Below, one piece after another: positions 8,775-17,994 of a stretch of 27,480 nucleotides of DNA. The notes under the pieces are model-generated. The model saw only the letters and a list, made by a program, of their open reading frames with translations, searched no databases and was not told the DNA's origin. Made by a program: the position numbers and the translations under genes. The DNA is from Acidimicrobiaceae bacterium (GTDB lineage Bacteria > Actinomycetota > Acidimicrobiia > Acidimicrobiales > Ilumatobacteraceae), in contig JBEICS010000001.1 of assembly GCA_040383925.1 (NCBI GenBank), positions 1 to 27,480 of the forward strand, written 5' to 3'. Every line of letters starts with the position of its first letter. The stretch's first letter is position 1.

Positions 8775-9716
8775 ATGCGCATCCTCGTCACCGGCGCAGC
8801 CGGCTTCATCGGCTCGCAACTCGTTCGTCGACTGCAGGCGGTGGGAGAGGTGGTCGGTCTCGACGACCTCTCGACAGGCAGCCTCGACAATCTGAAGGGC
8901 GTCGACAGCCGACTGGTCGTCGGCTCGATCCTCGACCCTGATGCACTGGGAGAGGCCATCGAGGGGTGCAACGCCGTGGTGCACCTCGCCGCCCGGCCGT
9001 CGGTGCCGCGGTCGGTTGCCGACCCACTTGCGTCGCACGAGGCGAATGCCACCGGCACTCTGAAGGTGCTCGACGCAGCTCGGGCGCTCAACGATCCGTT
9101 GGTCATCGTTGCGTCGTCGTCATCGGTGTACGGCGCGAATCCCACCTTGCCGAAGAGCGAGTCGGCACTGCCGATGCCCATGAGTCCCTATGCGGTGAGC
9201 AAGTTGGCGACCGAGCAGTACGCCATGGCCTGGCAGCACAGCTACGGCATGCGCACCTTGGCCTTCCGATTCTTCAATGTGTTCGGCCCGTATCAGGTCC
9301 CCGGGCACGCCTATGCAGCGGTGGTTCCCGCCTTTCTGTGGGCGGCGCTTCGGGGCGAGCCGCTCACCGTCCATGGTGACGGACAGCAGAGCCGCGACTT
9401 CACCTATGTCGGCACGCTGTGCGAGGTGATCGCCGACGCGTTGCAGCGCGGTGTGTCGCACAATTGGCCTGTCAACCTCGCATTCGGTACTCGGACCACG
9501 CTGCTCGAGATGATCGCGATGCTCGAGCCGATCCTCGACCGGAAACTCGACATCGAGCACGTCGGGTCGCGCACCGGCGATGTCCGCCACAGTCAGGCCG
9601 ACAACTCCGTGCTGCGGGGTCTGTTCCCCGACGTCATGCCGGTTCCCCTGGAACAGGGTCTGCGCGAAACGGCGGACTGGATGGCGACTCAGGTGTCGCC
9701 CAGCTCTGCCCGGTAG
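8775..9716 (+). CDS. NAD-dependent NDP-sugar epimerase/dehydratase (WbpP/GalE-like UDP-HexNAc(A) 4-epimerase)
   Basis: MRILVTGAAGFIGS (GxxGxxG), VVHLAA, SSSSVYG, catalytic YAVSK, FRFFNVFGP, GDGQQSRDFTYV. Start set at ATG 8775. Confidence 0.9.
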   Translation: MRILVTGAAGFIGSQLVRRLQAVGEVVGLDDLSTGSLDNLKGVDSRLVVGSILDPDALGEAIEGCNAVVHLAARPSVPRSVADPLASHEANATGTLKVLDAARALNDPLVIVASSSSVYGANPTLPKSESALPMPMSPYAVSKLATEQYAMAWQHSYGMRTLAFRFFNVFGPYQVPGHAYAAVVPAFLWAALRGEPLTVHGDGQQSRDFTYVGTLCEVIADALQRGVSHNWPVNLAFGTRTTLLEMIAMLEPILDRKLDIEHVGSRTGDVRHSQADNSVLRGLFPDVMPVPLEQGLRETADWMATQVSPSSAR

Positions 9717-9769
9717 ACCCGGTTTCTTGAGACGGCGGCGAGTGGCGTCACCTCCATGCTTCGTCGCAG

Positions 9770-9823
9770 GTGCCGAATAGCACTTTGCCGGTTCGGCACG
9801 GCTCGTCGACTTCGTAGACGAGC
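9770..9823 (+). other. Tandem hairpins in the spacer upstream of the acyl cassette
   Basis: GTGCCGAA (9770-9777) pairs with TTCGGCAC (9792-9799); GCTCGTC (9801-9807) pairs with GACGAGC (9817-9823). Confidence 0.5.
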
Positions 9824-9871
9824 GGTCCGCTGACGAACAGCACCCTGCTAGCAGTCTTCGGTGAAGCAAGC

Positions 9872-9880
9872 TAGTATGGT
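9872..9880 (+). promoter_or_regulatory. Putative -10 region for the cassette (overlapping TAGTAT / TATGGT)
   Basis: Two overlapping TAnnnT hexamers in a relatively AT-rich patch 30-80 nt upstream of the first SDR. Confidence 0.35.
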
Positions 9881-9955
9881 TACGCCAGTTTCCTGGTCGG
9901 TGCTATCGCAGTGACCTGGATCGCCACGGGCGGACACCTCGAGGACGCAGTAGAG

Positions 9956-10753
9956 ATGACACCCAGAACGACTGCAGGAGAGGGCGCCACGCCGTTCGGC
10001 GACCACGCAGCAGCCCTCAGCGGTCGACATGTGATCGTGACCGGCGTCAACGGCGGGATTGGCCGCGCGGTCGCAGGTGCCTTTGCTGGTATCGGCGCCA
10101 CGATCATCGGAATGGACCGAACTCCAGAGCTTGCGAGGGAGGCGGTCGAGCATCTACCCGCCCACGGCGGGAAGCAGCACGCATCGACCGATGTCGACCT
10201 CTCAGATCCGGATGCAATCACCGCCGCTCTGACTCAAGTCAGGCGGATCTCGAAGGACATCGCTGCGCTGGTCAACGTCGCCGGTTACGCAGCCGACGCT
10301 GTGGCATTGATGGTCACGCAAGATTCACTTCGCACCCACTTCCAGGTGAACTTCAGCAGTGCTGTCCAGATCTCACAATTCGTCGCTCGCCTGATGGTCC
10401 GGACCGGTGGAGGTTCCATCGTCAGCGTTTCCAGCGTGACCGGCCTGGATGGCAACCCTGGGCAGCTGGCGTACGGTGCCTCCAAAGCCGCTCTCAACAA
10501 CTCCACCCGGATCCTTTCAATGGAGCTTGCCGCTCAAGGGGTCCGAGTGAACGCAGTCGCACCTGGTATCGTCAACACGCCCATGACACGATCACTCTCT
10601 GAGGATGCCCGTGCACGCCTCGTCGACCGTGTGGCCATGGGAAGAATGGCGGAGCCAGACGAAGTAGCGTCAGTCGTCCTCTGGCTGGCCAGCCCGGCCG
10701 CATCGTTCGTCACAGGACAAGTGGTCCGAGTCGATGGCGGGATGTCGGCGTGA
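9956..10753 (+). CDS. Classical SDR oxidoreductase (FabG-like), copy 1
   Basis: [18 protein letters not shown]...YGASK, NAVAPG. ATG 9956 has GAGGA upstream; GTG 9911 is an alternative start. Confidence 0.9.
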   Translation: MTPRTTAGEGATPFGDHAAALSGRHVIVTGVNGGIGRAVAGAFAGIGATIIGMDRTPELAREAVEHLPAHGGKQHASTDVDLSDPDAITAALTQVRRISKDIAALVNVAGYAADAVALMVTQDSLRTHFQVNFSSAVQISQFVARLMVRTGGGSIVSVSSVTGLDGNPGQLAYGASKAALNNSTRILSMELAAQGVRVNAVAPGIVNTPMTRSLSEDARARLVDRVAMGRMAEPDEVASVVLWLASPAASFVTGQVVRVDGGMSA

Positions 10754-11508
10754 TGCCGGACCGTCTGCTTCGGGGTGAGAACATCCTGGTTACCGGTGCC
10801 AATCGCGGCATCGGTTGGGCTGTGTGTCAAGTGCTCGCAGCCAACGGCGCTAACGTGATAGCAACCAGTCGAACCATGGATCGCGAGTTCGAAGACAAAC
10901 TCGCTGAACTCGCCGCAACCCATGACGTATTCATACGCCGAGAACATCTCGCGCTTGATGACCCGCAGAGTATCAGAGCGGTGCTGGATGGCGCACGAAA
11001 GGTCGAGCCCCCGCTATCCGGTCTCGTTAACAACGCCGGGGTGACATACAACGCATTGTTTCAACTGTCCCCCATGGTTGCGGTACGGGAAGTGTTCGAA
11101 GTCAATTTCTTCGGACTTATGACTCTGATGCAGGGGGCCGCCAAATTGATGGCCCGCCACAAGCGGGGCAGCATTGTCAATATCTCCTCCACTGCAGCCA
11201 TCGATGCCAACCCAGGGCGGTCGGTGTACGGCGCCTCGAAGGCTGCCGTGCTGACCCTCAGCAAGTCCGCTGCTCGGGAACTGGCACCGTTGGGCGTGCG
11301 AGTCAACGTCGTGGCCCCTGGGTTGACGGACACAGAGATGCTCAGCAGCATGACCGACGACGTCATCGCCGAGGTCGAGGCGGCCACGGATATGGCACGG
11401 CGGGGTCGGCCGGCAGAGGTCGCAGAAGCGGTCGCTTTCCTAGTGTCACCGCTGGCTTCGTACGTCACAGGGCAAGTCATCCGGGTCGACGGGGGGTTGA
11501 GAGCGTGA
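10750..11508 (+). CDS. Classical SDR oxidoreductase (FabG-like), copy 2
   Basis: [18 protein letters not shown]...YGASK, NVVAPG. GTGA overlaps at both ends. Confidence 0.9.
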   Translation: MMPDRLLRGENILVTGANRGIGWAVCQVLAANGANVIATSRTMDREFEDKLAELAATHDVFIRREHLALDDPQSIRAVLDGARKVEPPLSGLVNNAGVTYNALFQLSPMVAVREVFEVNFFGLMTLMQGAAKLMARHKRGSIVNISSTAAIDANPGRSVYGASKAAVLTLSKSAARELAPLGVRVNVVAPGLTDTEMLSSMTDDVIAEVEAATDMARRGRPAEVAEAVAFLVSPLASYVTGQVIRVDGGLRA

Positions 11509-12347
11509 TCGATGCGGATGAGCAGTTGAGCGATCAGCAGGCCCTAGCGCGTCTCGCCTCGCGAGCGCGATGCTCGGTGTTGCGGCTGGGCCACGCTGCC
11601 GGAGGAACCGGAGCCCACTACGGGCCCGCTCTGTCCCTCGTCGAAGTGATGACTGCGATCTACTCCATGGCGCGTGTAGCCCCAGGTGTGGGGACGGATC
11701 TGGAGCGCGATCGGGTAATCCTGAGCAAAGGGCACGGGAGCTTGGCGCTATATACGGTGCTTCACGAATTCGGTCACATTCCGGACGATGTGCTGGAGAC
11801 CGCGGAGCTCGACGGCACCCGACTACCTGGTCAGCCGATCTGCGATCGTGAGTTAGGCATCGAGTTCTCGAGCGGCAGTCTCGGCATGGGACTTGGGTAT
11901 GGTGTGGGACTAGCGCTCTCCGCTCGGATGATGCAGTCCGGTCGCCGGATCTTTGTCGTCATGGGCGACGGTGAGACCAATGAAGGGTCCGTCTGGGAGG
12001 CCGCGATGGCCGCCACCCACTTCGGTCTTGGATCCATCACGGCAGTCATCGACGTGAATGACCTGCAGAGTGATGGAGCGACGAGCGACATCATGTCCTT
12101 TGACCATGCCGCTGGCTGGGCCGGCTTCGGCTGGGAGGTCATCGAGGTTGATGGGCATTCGATCCCGGCCCTCCAAGCGGCAATTGCTCAGAAGCCGTCC
12201 GGGCGTCCGCGGTGCATTCTCGCGCGCACCGTCAAGGGTAAGGGGATCTCCTTCATGGAGGCCGTCCCCGAGTGGCACCATGGCCGGCTCACCGAGCCTC
12301 AGTACGCCGAAGCGCACGATGAGTTGCGTGGCGGTGAGCCTCGATGA
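11505..12347 (+). CDS. Transketolase-like ThDP enzyme, N-terminal (PP-binding) subunit
   Basis: [26 protein letters not shown], ThDP motif GDGETNEG...[21 protein letters not shown]. Confidence 0.9.
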   Translation: MIDADEQLSDQQALARLASRARCSVLRLGHAAGGTGAHYGPALSLVEVMTAIYSMARVAPGVGTDLERDRVILSKGHGSLALYTVLHEFGHIPDDVLETAELDGTRLPGQPICDRELGIEFSSGSLGMGLGYGVGLALSARMMQSGRRIFVVMGDGETNEGSVWEAAMAATHFGLGSITAVIDVNDLQSDGATSDIMSFDHAAGWAGFGWEVIEVDGHSIPALQAAIAQKPSGRPRCILARTVKGKGISFMEAVPEWHHGRLTEPQYAEAHDELRGGEPR

Positions 12348-13336
12348 CAAACCTTCCCAACCCCCGCGGCCTGTCGCGATTGGGGCCGCGGGGCACGTTC
12401 GGTACTGCCTTGTTGGCCGCCGCCGAACTCAACCCCAGGGTCGTTGGTGTCACCGCTGACCTAGCTATCACGGCTGGGCTCGAGCGGTTCCGGGTGAAGT
12501 ATCCGGAGAGGCTCCTGAACGTCGGCATCGCCGAGCAAAACCTCGTGGGGATCGCCGCAGGTCTCGCAGAGGACGGATGGCAACCGTTCGCTGCGACCTT
12601 CGCCAACTTTGCAGCGATGCGCAGCAATGAATTCGTGCGACACCACCTCGGTTACATGAGGCAGAAGGTCTCAGTGGTTGGAATCGGCGCCGGATTTGCG
12701 ATGGGTCAGTTCGGCACCACCCACTACTCGCTAGAGGATGTCTCGGCGCTTCGAGCGATTCCGAACCTCACGATCCTGAGCCCCGGAGACTGCACAGAGG
12801 TGTTTCAGGCCGTGCTGGCGCTCGCCAACGATCCACAACCGTGCTATCTGCGCCTGAGTGGAGCCCCATCCATGCGACCCGTGGATCAGAGCGACACCTC
12901 CTTCCAAATCGGGAGAGCGAGGGTGCTGTCGACCGGCAGCGATGTCACCATCGTCGGCACTGGCAGCATGCTCAGCGTTGCGGCAGGTGCTGCTGGCATT
13001 TTGCAGGAGCGGGGCATCTCGGTGGGCGTGGTGAACGTCCACACAATCAAGCCGTTGGACGAAGACGCGATTCGTGGCTTGATTGGGAGCACGGGCGCAG
13101 TGGTGACGGTGGAGGAGCATTCGATCCTGGGTGGGCTCGGGGCCGCGGTGGCCGAGATCCTCTCTGCGGAAGCAGGCTCGCCACCGCTGCGCCGAATCGG
13201 CGTGCCCGACCGGTTCCCCAAAGTCGGGTCCTATGATTTCGTGCTCAAGCAGTGCGGCCTCACAGACCTGTTGGTTGCCGACGAAGTCGGGGACTGGATC
13301 AGTCGACACCGGCGCGCAGCCGCTGCCACCACTTGA
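12344..13336 (+). CDS. Transketolase-like ThDP enzyme, C-terminal (PYR + C) subunit
   Basis: NVGIAEQNLVGIAAGLA, GTTHYSLED..LRAIPNL, HTIKPLD, VTVEEHSILGGLG. ATGA overlap at 12344. Confidence 0.9.
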   Translation: MTNLPNPRGLSRLGPRGTFGTALLAAAELNPRVVGVTADLAITAGLERFRVKYPERLLNVGIAEQNLVGIAAGLAEDGWQPFAATFANFAAMRSNEFVRHHLGYMRQKVSVVGIGAGFAMGQFGTTHYSLEDVSALRAIPNLTILSPGDCTEVFQAVLALANDPQPCYLRLSGAPSMRPVDQSDTSFQIGRARVLSTGSDVTIVGTGSMLSVAAGAAGILQERGISVGVVNVHTIKPLDEDAIRGLIGSTGAVVTVEEHSILGGLGAAVAEILSAEAGSPPLRRIGVPDRFPKVGSYDFVLKQCGLTDLLVADEVGDWISRHRRAAAATT

Positions 13337-13379
13337 ACCACGTACACGCGCCGGCGCCACCGCAGGGAGAAGGAGAAAG

Positions 13380-13625
13380 ATGACCAACGAAGAAGCTCTC
13401 AAGAAGGCCTTCTGTGAGGGACTAGGGGTCAACGAGGACGAGATTGATTGGGGTACCCTTCAATACCGTGGAATCGAACAATGGGACTCTGTGGCTCACA
13501 TGCAGGTGGTGGCTGAGATTGAAGATGCCTTTGACATCATGATGGACATCGATGACGTGATTGCCATGTCAGACTTCAAGGCCACCAAAGAGATCCTTCA
13601 GAAGTATGACGTGAGATTTCCCTGA
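13380..13625 (+). CDS. Acyl carrier protein
   Basis: 81 aa, acidic. WDSVAHM contains the phosphopantetheine Ser. Strong SD AGGAGA before ATG 13380; the ORF track's longer start (13131) overlaps the upstream gene. Confidence 0.9.
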   Translation: MTNEEALKKAFCEGLGVNEDEIDWGTLQYRGIEQWDSVAHMQVVAEIEDAFDIMMDIDDVIAMSDFKATKEILQKYDVRFP

Positions 13626-13626
13626 C

Positions 13627-15003
13627 ATGCTTCTGGATGGTCGCGCCGGAACGGACATCATCCTCATCGAGGCCTCGTCTGGCGCCACCATCACCGTCAA
13701 CGACGTACGGGTCAGAGCGACTGAGGTCGCTGGAGGGGTCTCGTCGCTCACCTTCCTGGTTGCCGATGCCTCTATCGACTCGTGGCTCACGGGTCTCGCC
13801 CTGCTTGAGGCTCGCTCGGCCTTCGCCTTGATCGACCCCAGCATGGGCCACGCCGCAATGCTTGCACTCGTCGAGCGTTACCAGCCTGACCGGATTATCG
13901 ATCCGGCGGGCGCGCTGGTCACCGGCGGCAGGGAGTGGAGCCGGGGGCGCCTCGCCACCAGGACCCACCCTGACTTGGCAGTCCTCCTGACGACATCGGG
14001 CACCACTGGCAGTCCTCGATTCGTACGGCTCTCCTCTGACAACATAGTTTGCAATGCTCGCCAAATCGCCCAGGCGCTCTCTCTCAGTCCAGATGACCGT
14101 TCGGTGACGACGATGCCGCTCGTCTATTCGTTCGGACTCTCGCTGCTCACGTCGCATGCAGTCTCGGGTGGTGCGCTGATCGTCACCGACCGCAGCGTGA
14201 TTGAGTCCGGCTTCTGGGAGGACATCGATCGTTACCGCGTAACCACGATGGCTGGCGTGCCTGTGACCTACAAGATGCTTCGACGCCTCGGCTTCGCCGA
14301 CCGCGCGCCCTCGGTGCGCACAATGATCCAGGCTGGCGGCCGCCTCGACTCGGAACTGATCTCGCACTTCCACGACATCATGGAGGCGCGAGACGGGCGA
14401 TTCTTTGTGATGTACGGCCAGACGGAGGCCTCGCCGCGGATATCGGTGCTTCCACATTCGATGCTTCCCGCCAAACTTGGCTCTGTCGGCCTTCCATTGG
14501 CCGGTGGCCGTTTGTTCATCCTTGATGCTGACGATCGCGAGGTCCCGGAGATGACACGGGGCCGCGTCATGTACCAAGGCCCGAACGTCATGATGGGCTA
14601 TGCCGATAGCTCGGATGACGTTGCGCTCGGCGACGTGTACGGCGATGTTCTCGACACAGGTGACGAGGGCTACCTTGACGAGGACGGTTGCCTCTACATC
14701 TCAGGTCGCACGAAGCGAATCTGCAAGCTTTCAGGAGTTCGAATCTCGCTGGAGGAGGTCGAGTCGATGGCATCTGTTCTGGTCCCCGAGGCTGCCGACG
14801 TGGCCGCCTACAGCCCTGGAGACGATACTCTCGTCTTGGTGGTCGAAGGCGCGCGAATCGGTGACGATGAGGTTCGTCGGACGATTGCGAACAGGCTGAA
14901 GGTCCCACCGAAGTTGGTCACGGTCTGCGCTCGAGAGTCTTTGCCTCGACTCGCCAACGGCAAGATCGACTACAGGACCCTGCAGTCGGAGCACGACACG
15001 TGA
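13627..15003 (+). CDS. Stand-alone AMP-forming acyl-CoA/acyl-ACP ligase (ANL family)
   Basis: LLTTSGTTGSPR (P-loop), YGQTEA, DTGD, ISGRTKR, LANGKID (catalytic Lys). Confidence 0.85.
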   Translation: MLLDGRAGTDIILIEASSGATITVNDVRVRATEVAGGVSSLTFLVADASIDSWLTGLALLEARSAFALIDPSMGHAAMLALVERYQPDRIIDPAGALVTGGREWSRGRLATRTHPDLAVLLTTSGTTGSPRFVRLSSDNIVCNARQIAQALSLSPDDRSVTTMPLVYSFGLSLLTSHAVSGGALIVTDRSVIESGFWEDIDRYRVTTMAGVPVTYKMLRRLGFADRAPSVRTMIQAGGRLDSELISHFHDIMEARDGRFFVMYGQTEASPRISVLPHSMLPAKLGSVGLPLAGGRLFILDADDREVPEMTRGRVMYQGPNVMMGYADSSDDVALGDVYGDVLDTGDEGYLDEDGCLYISGRTKRICKLSGVRISLEEVESMASVLVPEAADVAAYSPGDDTLVLVVEGARIGDDEVRRTIANRLKVPPKLVTVCARESLPRLANGKIDYRTLQSEHDT

Positions 15004-16106
15004 GCGTCCATGCCGAGCAGGTAATGGCTGAACTCTTTGAGCGGCCCCAGTTCAGCATCGACCAGGACGAGAAGACGCATCTGATTGCAGCAGAGATGTC
15101 TCGGCTGGTGCGACACCACCGCTTCAACTGCGAATCGTATGACCGCATTTGCCGGGTGCTTGCCGTACCGGATCGTTTCGAGCATCTCGCTGAAGTGCCC
15201 TACTTGCCGGTGTCTCTGTTCAAGACTCACGAGTTGCGGAGCGTGCCAGCCGAGGACGTCTTCAAGATCATGACGTCAAGTGGTACGACAGGTCAAGCGG
15301 TGTCGAAAGTCAGCCTTGATCGCGAGACAGCAACCCTACAGTCCAAGGCCCTGAGCCGAATCATGAGACGCATCATCGGTGACCAACGGTTGCCGATGAT
15401 TATCATTGACACTCCTAATGTCATCAAGGACCGCAAGATGTTCTCAGCGCGCGGTGCCGGAATACTTGGCATGAAGCCATTCGGACGCGACCACTTCTTC
15501 GCCCTGGACGACGAAATGAGACTAGATACGGCTGGCCTCCAAACATTTCTTCGCGAGCGCAAGCCCGGACCGGTGCTCATCTTCGGATTCACGTTCATGG
15601 TGTGGAAGTACTTCCTCAACGCCCTCGCCGACGCGGGATCCACTGTGGACTTGTCAGGCGGCCTGCTCGTGCATTCAGGTGGTTGGAAGAAGCTGGTAGA
15701 TGAAGCGGTAGGAAACACCGAGTTCAAACACACTGCCGCCGAACTCACTGGGATCACACGGGTGCATAACTTTTACGGAATGGTTGAGCAGGTTGGCTCG
15801 GTCTTCCTCGAGGGGGATGACGGTTTTCTCTATCCACCGAACTTCGCTGACGTGATCATTCGCGACCCGCAGACCTGGCTTCCTGCCCAGGATGGCGACA
15901 TCGGCGTGGTCGAAGTGCTGAGCGTCCTGCCACGTTCTTACCCCGGACACGCAATCCTTACCGAGGACCTTGGGATCATCCACGGGGTTGGCGCCGCGGC
16001 AAGCGGCTGGGCGGGCAAGAAGTTAGAGATCATCGGCCGCGTGCCGCGCAGCGAGTTGCGGGGCTGCTCAGACACCCACGCTTTCGAAACCACCCGACCG
16101 GCATGA
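15000..16106 (+). CDS. luxE: LuxE-like acyl-protein synthetase
   Basis: TSSGTTG, HSGGWKK, FYGMVEQ, ILTEDLG, and C-terminal GRVPRSELRGC with a Cys where LuxE is acylated. Family-level call, not bioluminescence. Confidence 0.85.
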   Translation: MSVHAEQVMAELFERPQFSIDQDEKTHLIAAEMSRLVRHHRFNCESYDRICRVLAVPDRFEHLAEVPYLPVSLFKTHELRSVPAEDVFKIMTSSGTTGQAVSKVSLDRETATLQSKALSRIMRRIIGDQRLPMIIIDTPNVIKDRKMFSARGAGILGMKPFGRDHFFALDDEMRLDTAGLQTFLRERKPGPVLIFGFTFMVWKYFLNALADAGSTVDLSGGLLVHSGGWKKLVDEAVGNTEFKHTAAELTGITRVHNFYGMVEQVGSVFLEGDDGFLYPPNFADVIIRDPQTWLPAQDGDIGVVEVLSVLPRSYPGHAILTEDLGIIHGVGAAASGWAGKKLEIIGRVPRSELRGCSDTHAFETTRPA

Positions 16107-17326
16107 CCACAGTCACCCAGCTTGTCCCTGAGCCGTGCGCCGTGGATCTCAATGACCTCCTTGCGCGATTGACGAGCGCAGCGGCCGTGCCACCGTTCGA
16201 CTCGTCTCGGCAAGAGTTCGTGAGTGACCTGGCTCGACGATTGGGTCGCCGTTCTGCTTCGCATCCCGAGTCGCGGGCACTGGCTTACTGGATGCGCAGG
16301 GCCGAGATCACGCGAATGGCCGCTGCGTTTGCCGAGCTGGGAAGCGCACAATTGGTCCTGCAACCGCGTGGAACAGTCTTCCATGTCCCGCCGGCGAACG
16401 TGGATACGATCTTCGTGTACTCGTGGGCCATCTCGGTCCTTCTCGGCAATCGCAACATCGTGCGGATGTCCAGCCGCGCCACACATCAGTCGAATCTCAT
16501 CTTGGATGTGATCAATGAGGTCTTAGCGGACCACCCTGGCGTGGCGATGTCGAATGCGATGATCACCTACGGCCATGACGATGCAATCACTGCAACAGTG
16601 TCCCAGCGCTGTGACACCAGGGTGATCTGGGGTGGTGACGCGACCGTCAACCGCATTCGGGCAGTTGCGCTGCCGCCGCATGCCACGGAGCTTGCCTTCG
16701 CGGACCGGTTCTCCTTCGCTGCGATCTCTACAGCTGCGTACTTGGCCCTTGACAACGCAGGGCGGGATTCCCTGGCGGAGCGCTTCTTCAACGACACCTA
16801 TTTCTTCGATCAGATGGGGTGCTCGTCCGCTCGATTGCTGGTCTGGGTGGGCGCCCCCACTAGTGCGGATCACGACTTCAGGCAGCGGCTTCGTTCAATC
16901 GTCCGCAAGAAGGGTTACGACGTCCCCGCCGCCGTCGCCATCTCGAAACTGGCTCAGGCCTACAGCGGGATGATTGAGGGCGGCGCGGTCGCTGTCGACG
17001 TCCGTGACAACGCGCTCACCCTCCTTAGCGTGGAACGCTTCCCGCACACTAGAGGGCAGTTCTGCGGAGGCGGCTTTCTCTACGAACTTCAAGTTGAGAA
17101 TCTCGGTGACATCGCTGCCGACATTCGCCGTGCGGACCAGACACTCGCAGTGTTCGGCATTCCCCACGCCGAACTGCGGGACTTCGTCGACCGTCTCGCC
17201 GGACGCGGCGTTGACCGTATCGTGCCGATAGGGAGCGCACTAGAGTTCAGTCGCTACTGGGATGGATACGACCTGTTCGCCGAGTTCACCCGGAAGGTGA
17301 CAATCGATTCAGGAGGACTGCTGTGA
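16103..17326 (+). CDS. luxC: LuxC-like acyl-CoA/acyl-protein reductase
   Basis: PRGTVFHVPPANV, RNIVRMSS, IWGGDAT, FDQMGCSS (catalytic Cys motif), GVDRIVPIG...WDG. Family-level call. Confidence 0.85.
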   Translation: MTTVTQLVPEPCAVDLNDLLARLTSAAAVPPFDSSRQEFVSDLARRLGRRSASHPESRALAYWMRRAEITRMAAAFAELGSAQLVLQPRGTVFHVPPANVDTIFVYSWAISVLLGNRNIVRMSSRATHQSNLILDVINEVLADHPGVAMSNAMITYGHDDAITATVSQRCDTRVIWGGDATVNRIRAVALPPHATELAFADRFSFAAISTAAYLALDNAGRDSLAERFFNDTYFFDQMGCSSARLLVWVGAPTSADHDFRQRLRSIVRKKGYDVPAAVAISKLAQAYSGMIEGGAVAVDVRDNALTLLSVERFPHTRGQFCGGGFLYELQVENLGDIAADIRRADQTLAVFGIPHAELRDFVDRLAGRGVDRIVPIGSALEFSRYWDGYDLFAEFTRKVTIDSGGLL

Positions 17327-17994
17327 CGCCGGAGGTCGCCATCATCGGTGGCGGGGGCTACGGGCGCGAGGTACTGGAATACGCCGACGATGCTCGAGCT
17401 CACGGATGGAGTTTCCGAACGGTCGGGTTCTATGACGATGACGCCACTGTGCGAGACGGCTACTCGGGTGAGCACCCCGTTCTCGGCCCTCTCACGGCCA
17501 TAGCGCATTCATCCATACAGCACTTTGTCATTGCGCTCGGTTCCCCCGAGACACGCCGAATGGCCTCCGATCTGGTGTTCGAGGCAGGCAAGCACCTCGT
17601 GTCCCTGGTACATCCCCGCGCGTACGTCTCGCGATCTGCCTCGATCGGTGCCGGCACGATCGTGTGCCCCTTTGGCATGATCGGTGCGAACTCGACTGTT
17701 GGACGCAACGTATCGGTGAACGTCTACGGCTCAATTGGGCACGATTCGATCATCGGGCGTGACGTCGTGGTGTCGCCGTACGCAGCCATCACTGGCACGG
17801 TGAACGTCGGGGATGAGTCTTTCCTTGGCACTCATACCACCATCACGCCTGGAGTCAGCATCGGCAGCCACTCGAAGGTGCATGCTGGCTCGGTGGTGAT
17901 TCGCAGCGCCCCACCGGGCTCCCTGCTTGTAGGCGCGCCGGCGAAGGGTCGCGTGATTTTCAGAGTCCCCGATGTTCCCGCGAGCCAGCGATGA
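17323..17994 (+). CDS. NeuD/PglD-family hexapeptide-repeat sugar N/O-acyltransferase
   Basis: N-terminal IIGGGGYGREV, LVHPRAYVS, left-handed beta-helix repeats (ASIGAG, TVGRNV, SIIGRD), GHD His motif, GAPAK tail. Confidence 0.85.
   Translation: MTPEVAIIGGGGYGREVLEYADDARAHGWSFRTVGFYDDDATVRDGYSGEHPVLGPLTAIAHSSIQHFVIALGSPETRRMASDLVFEAGKHLVSLVHPRAYVSRSASIGAGTIVCPFGMIGANSTVGRNVSVNVYGSIGHDSIIGRDVVVSPYAAITGTVNVGDESFLGTHTTITPGVSIGSHSKVHAGSVVIRSAPPGSLLVGAPAKGRVIFRVPDVPASQR

Noticed and set aside
11505-13336. Housekeeping pentose-phosphate transketolase
   Set aside because: Embedded in the cassette, and several substrate-recognition residues differ from canonical transketolase.
13131-13379. N-terminal extension on the ACP (164-aa ORF in the track)
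   Set aside because: Overlaps the transketolase C subunit in another frame; a strong AGGAGA SD supports ATG 13380.
9956-13625. Type II fatty-acid or polyketide synthase cluster (fabG/acpP/acpS)
   Set aside because: No ketosynthase, malonyl transacylase, dehydratase or enoyl reductase in the window.
15000-17326. Bioluminescence (lux) operon
   Set aside because: No luxA, luxB or luxD in the window, the gene order is E-then-C, and the context is ACP/acyltransferase/glycan genes.
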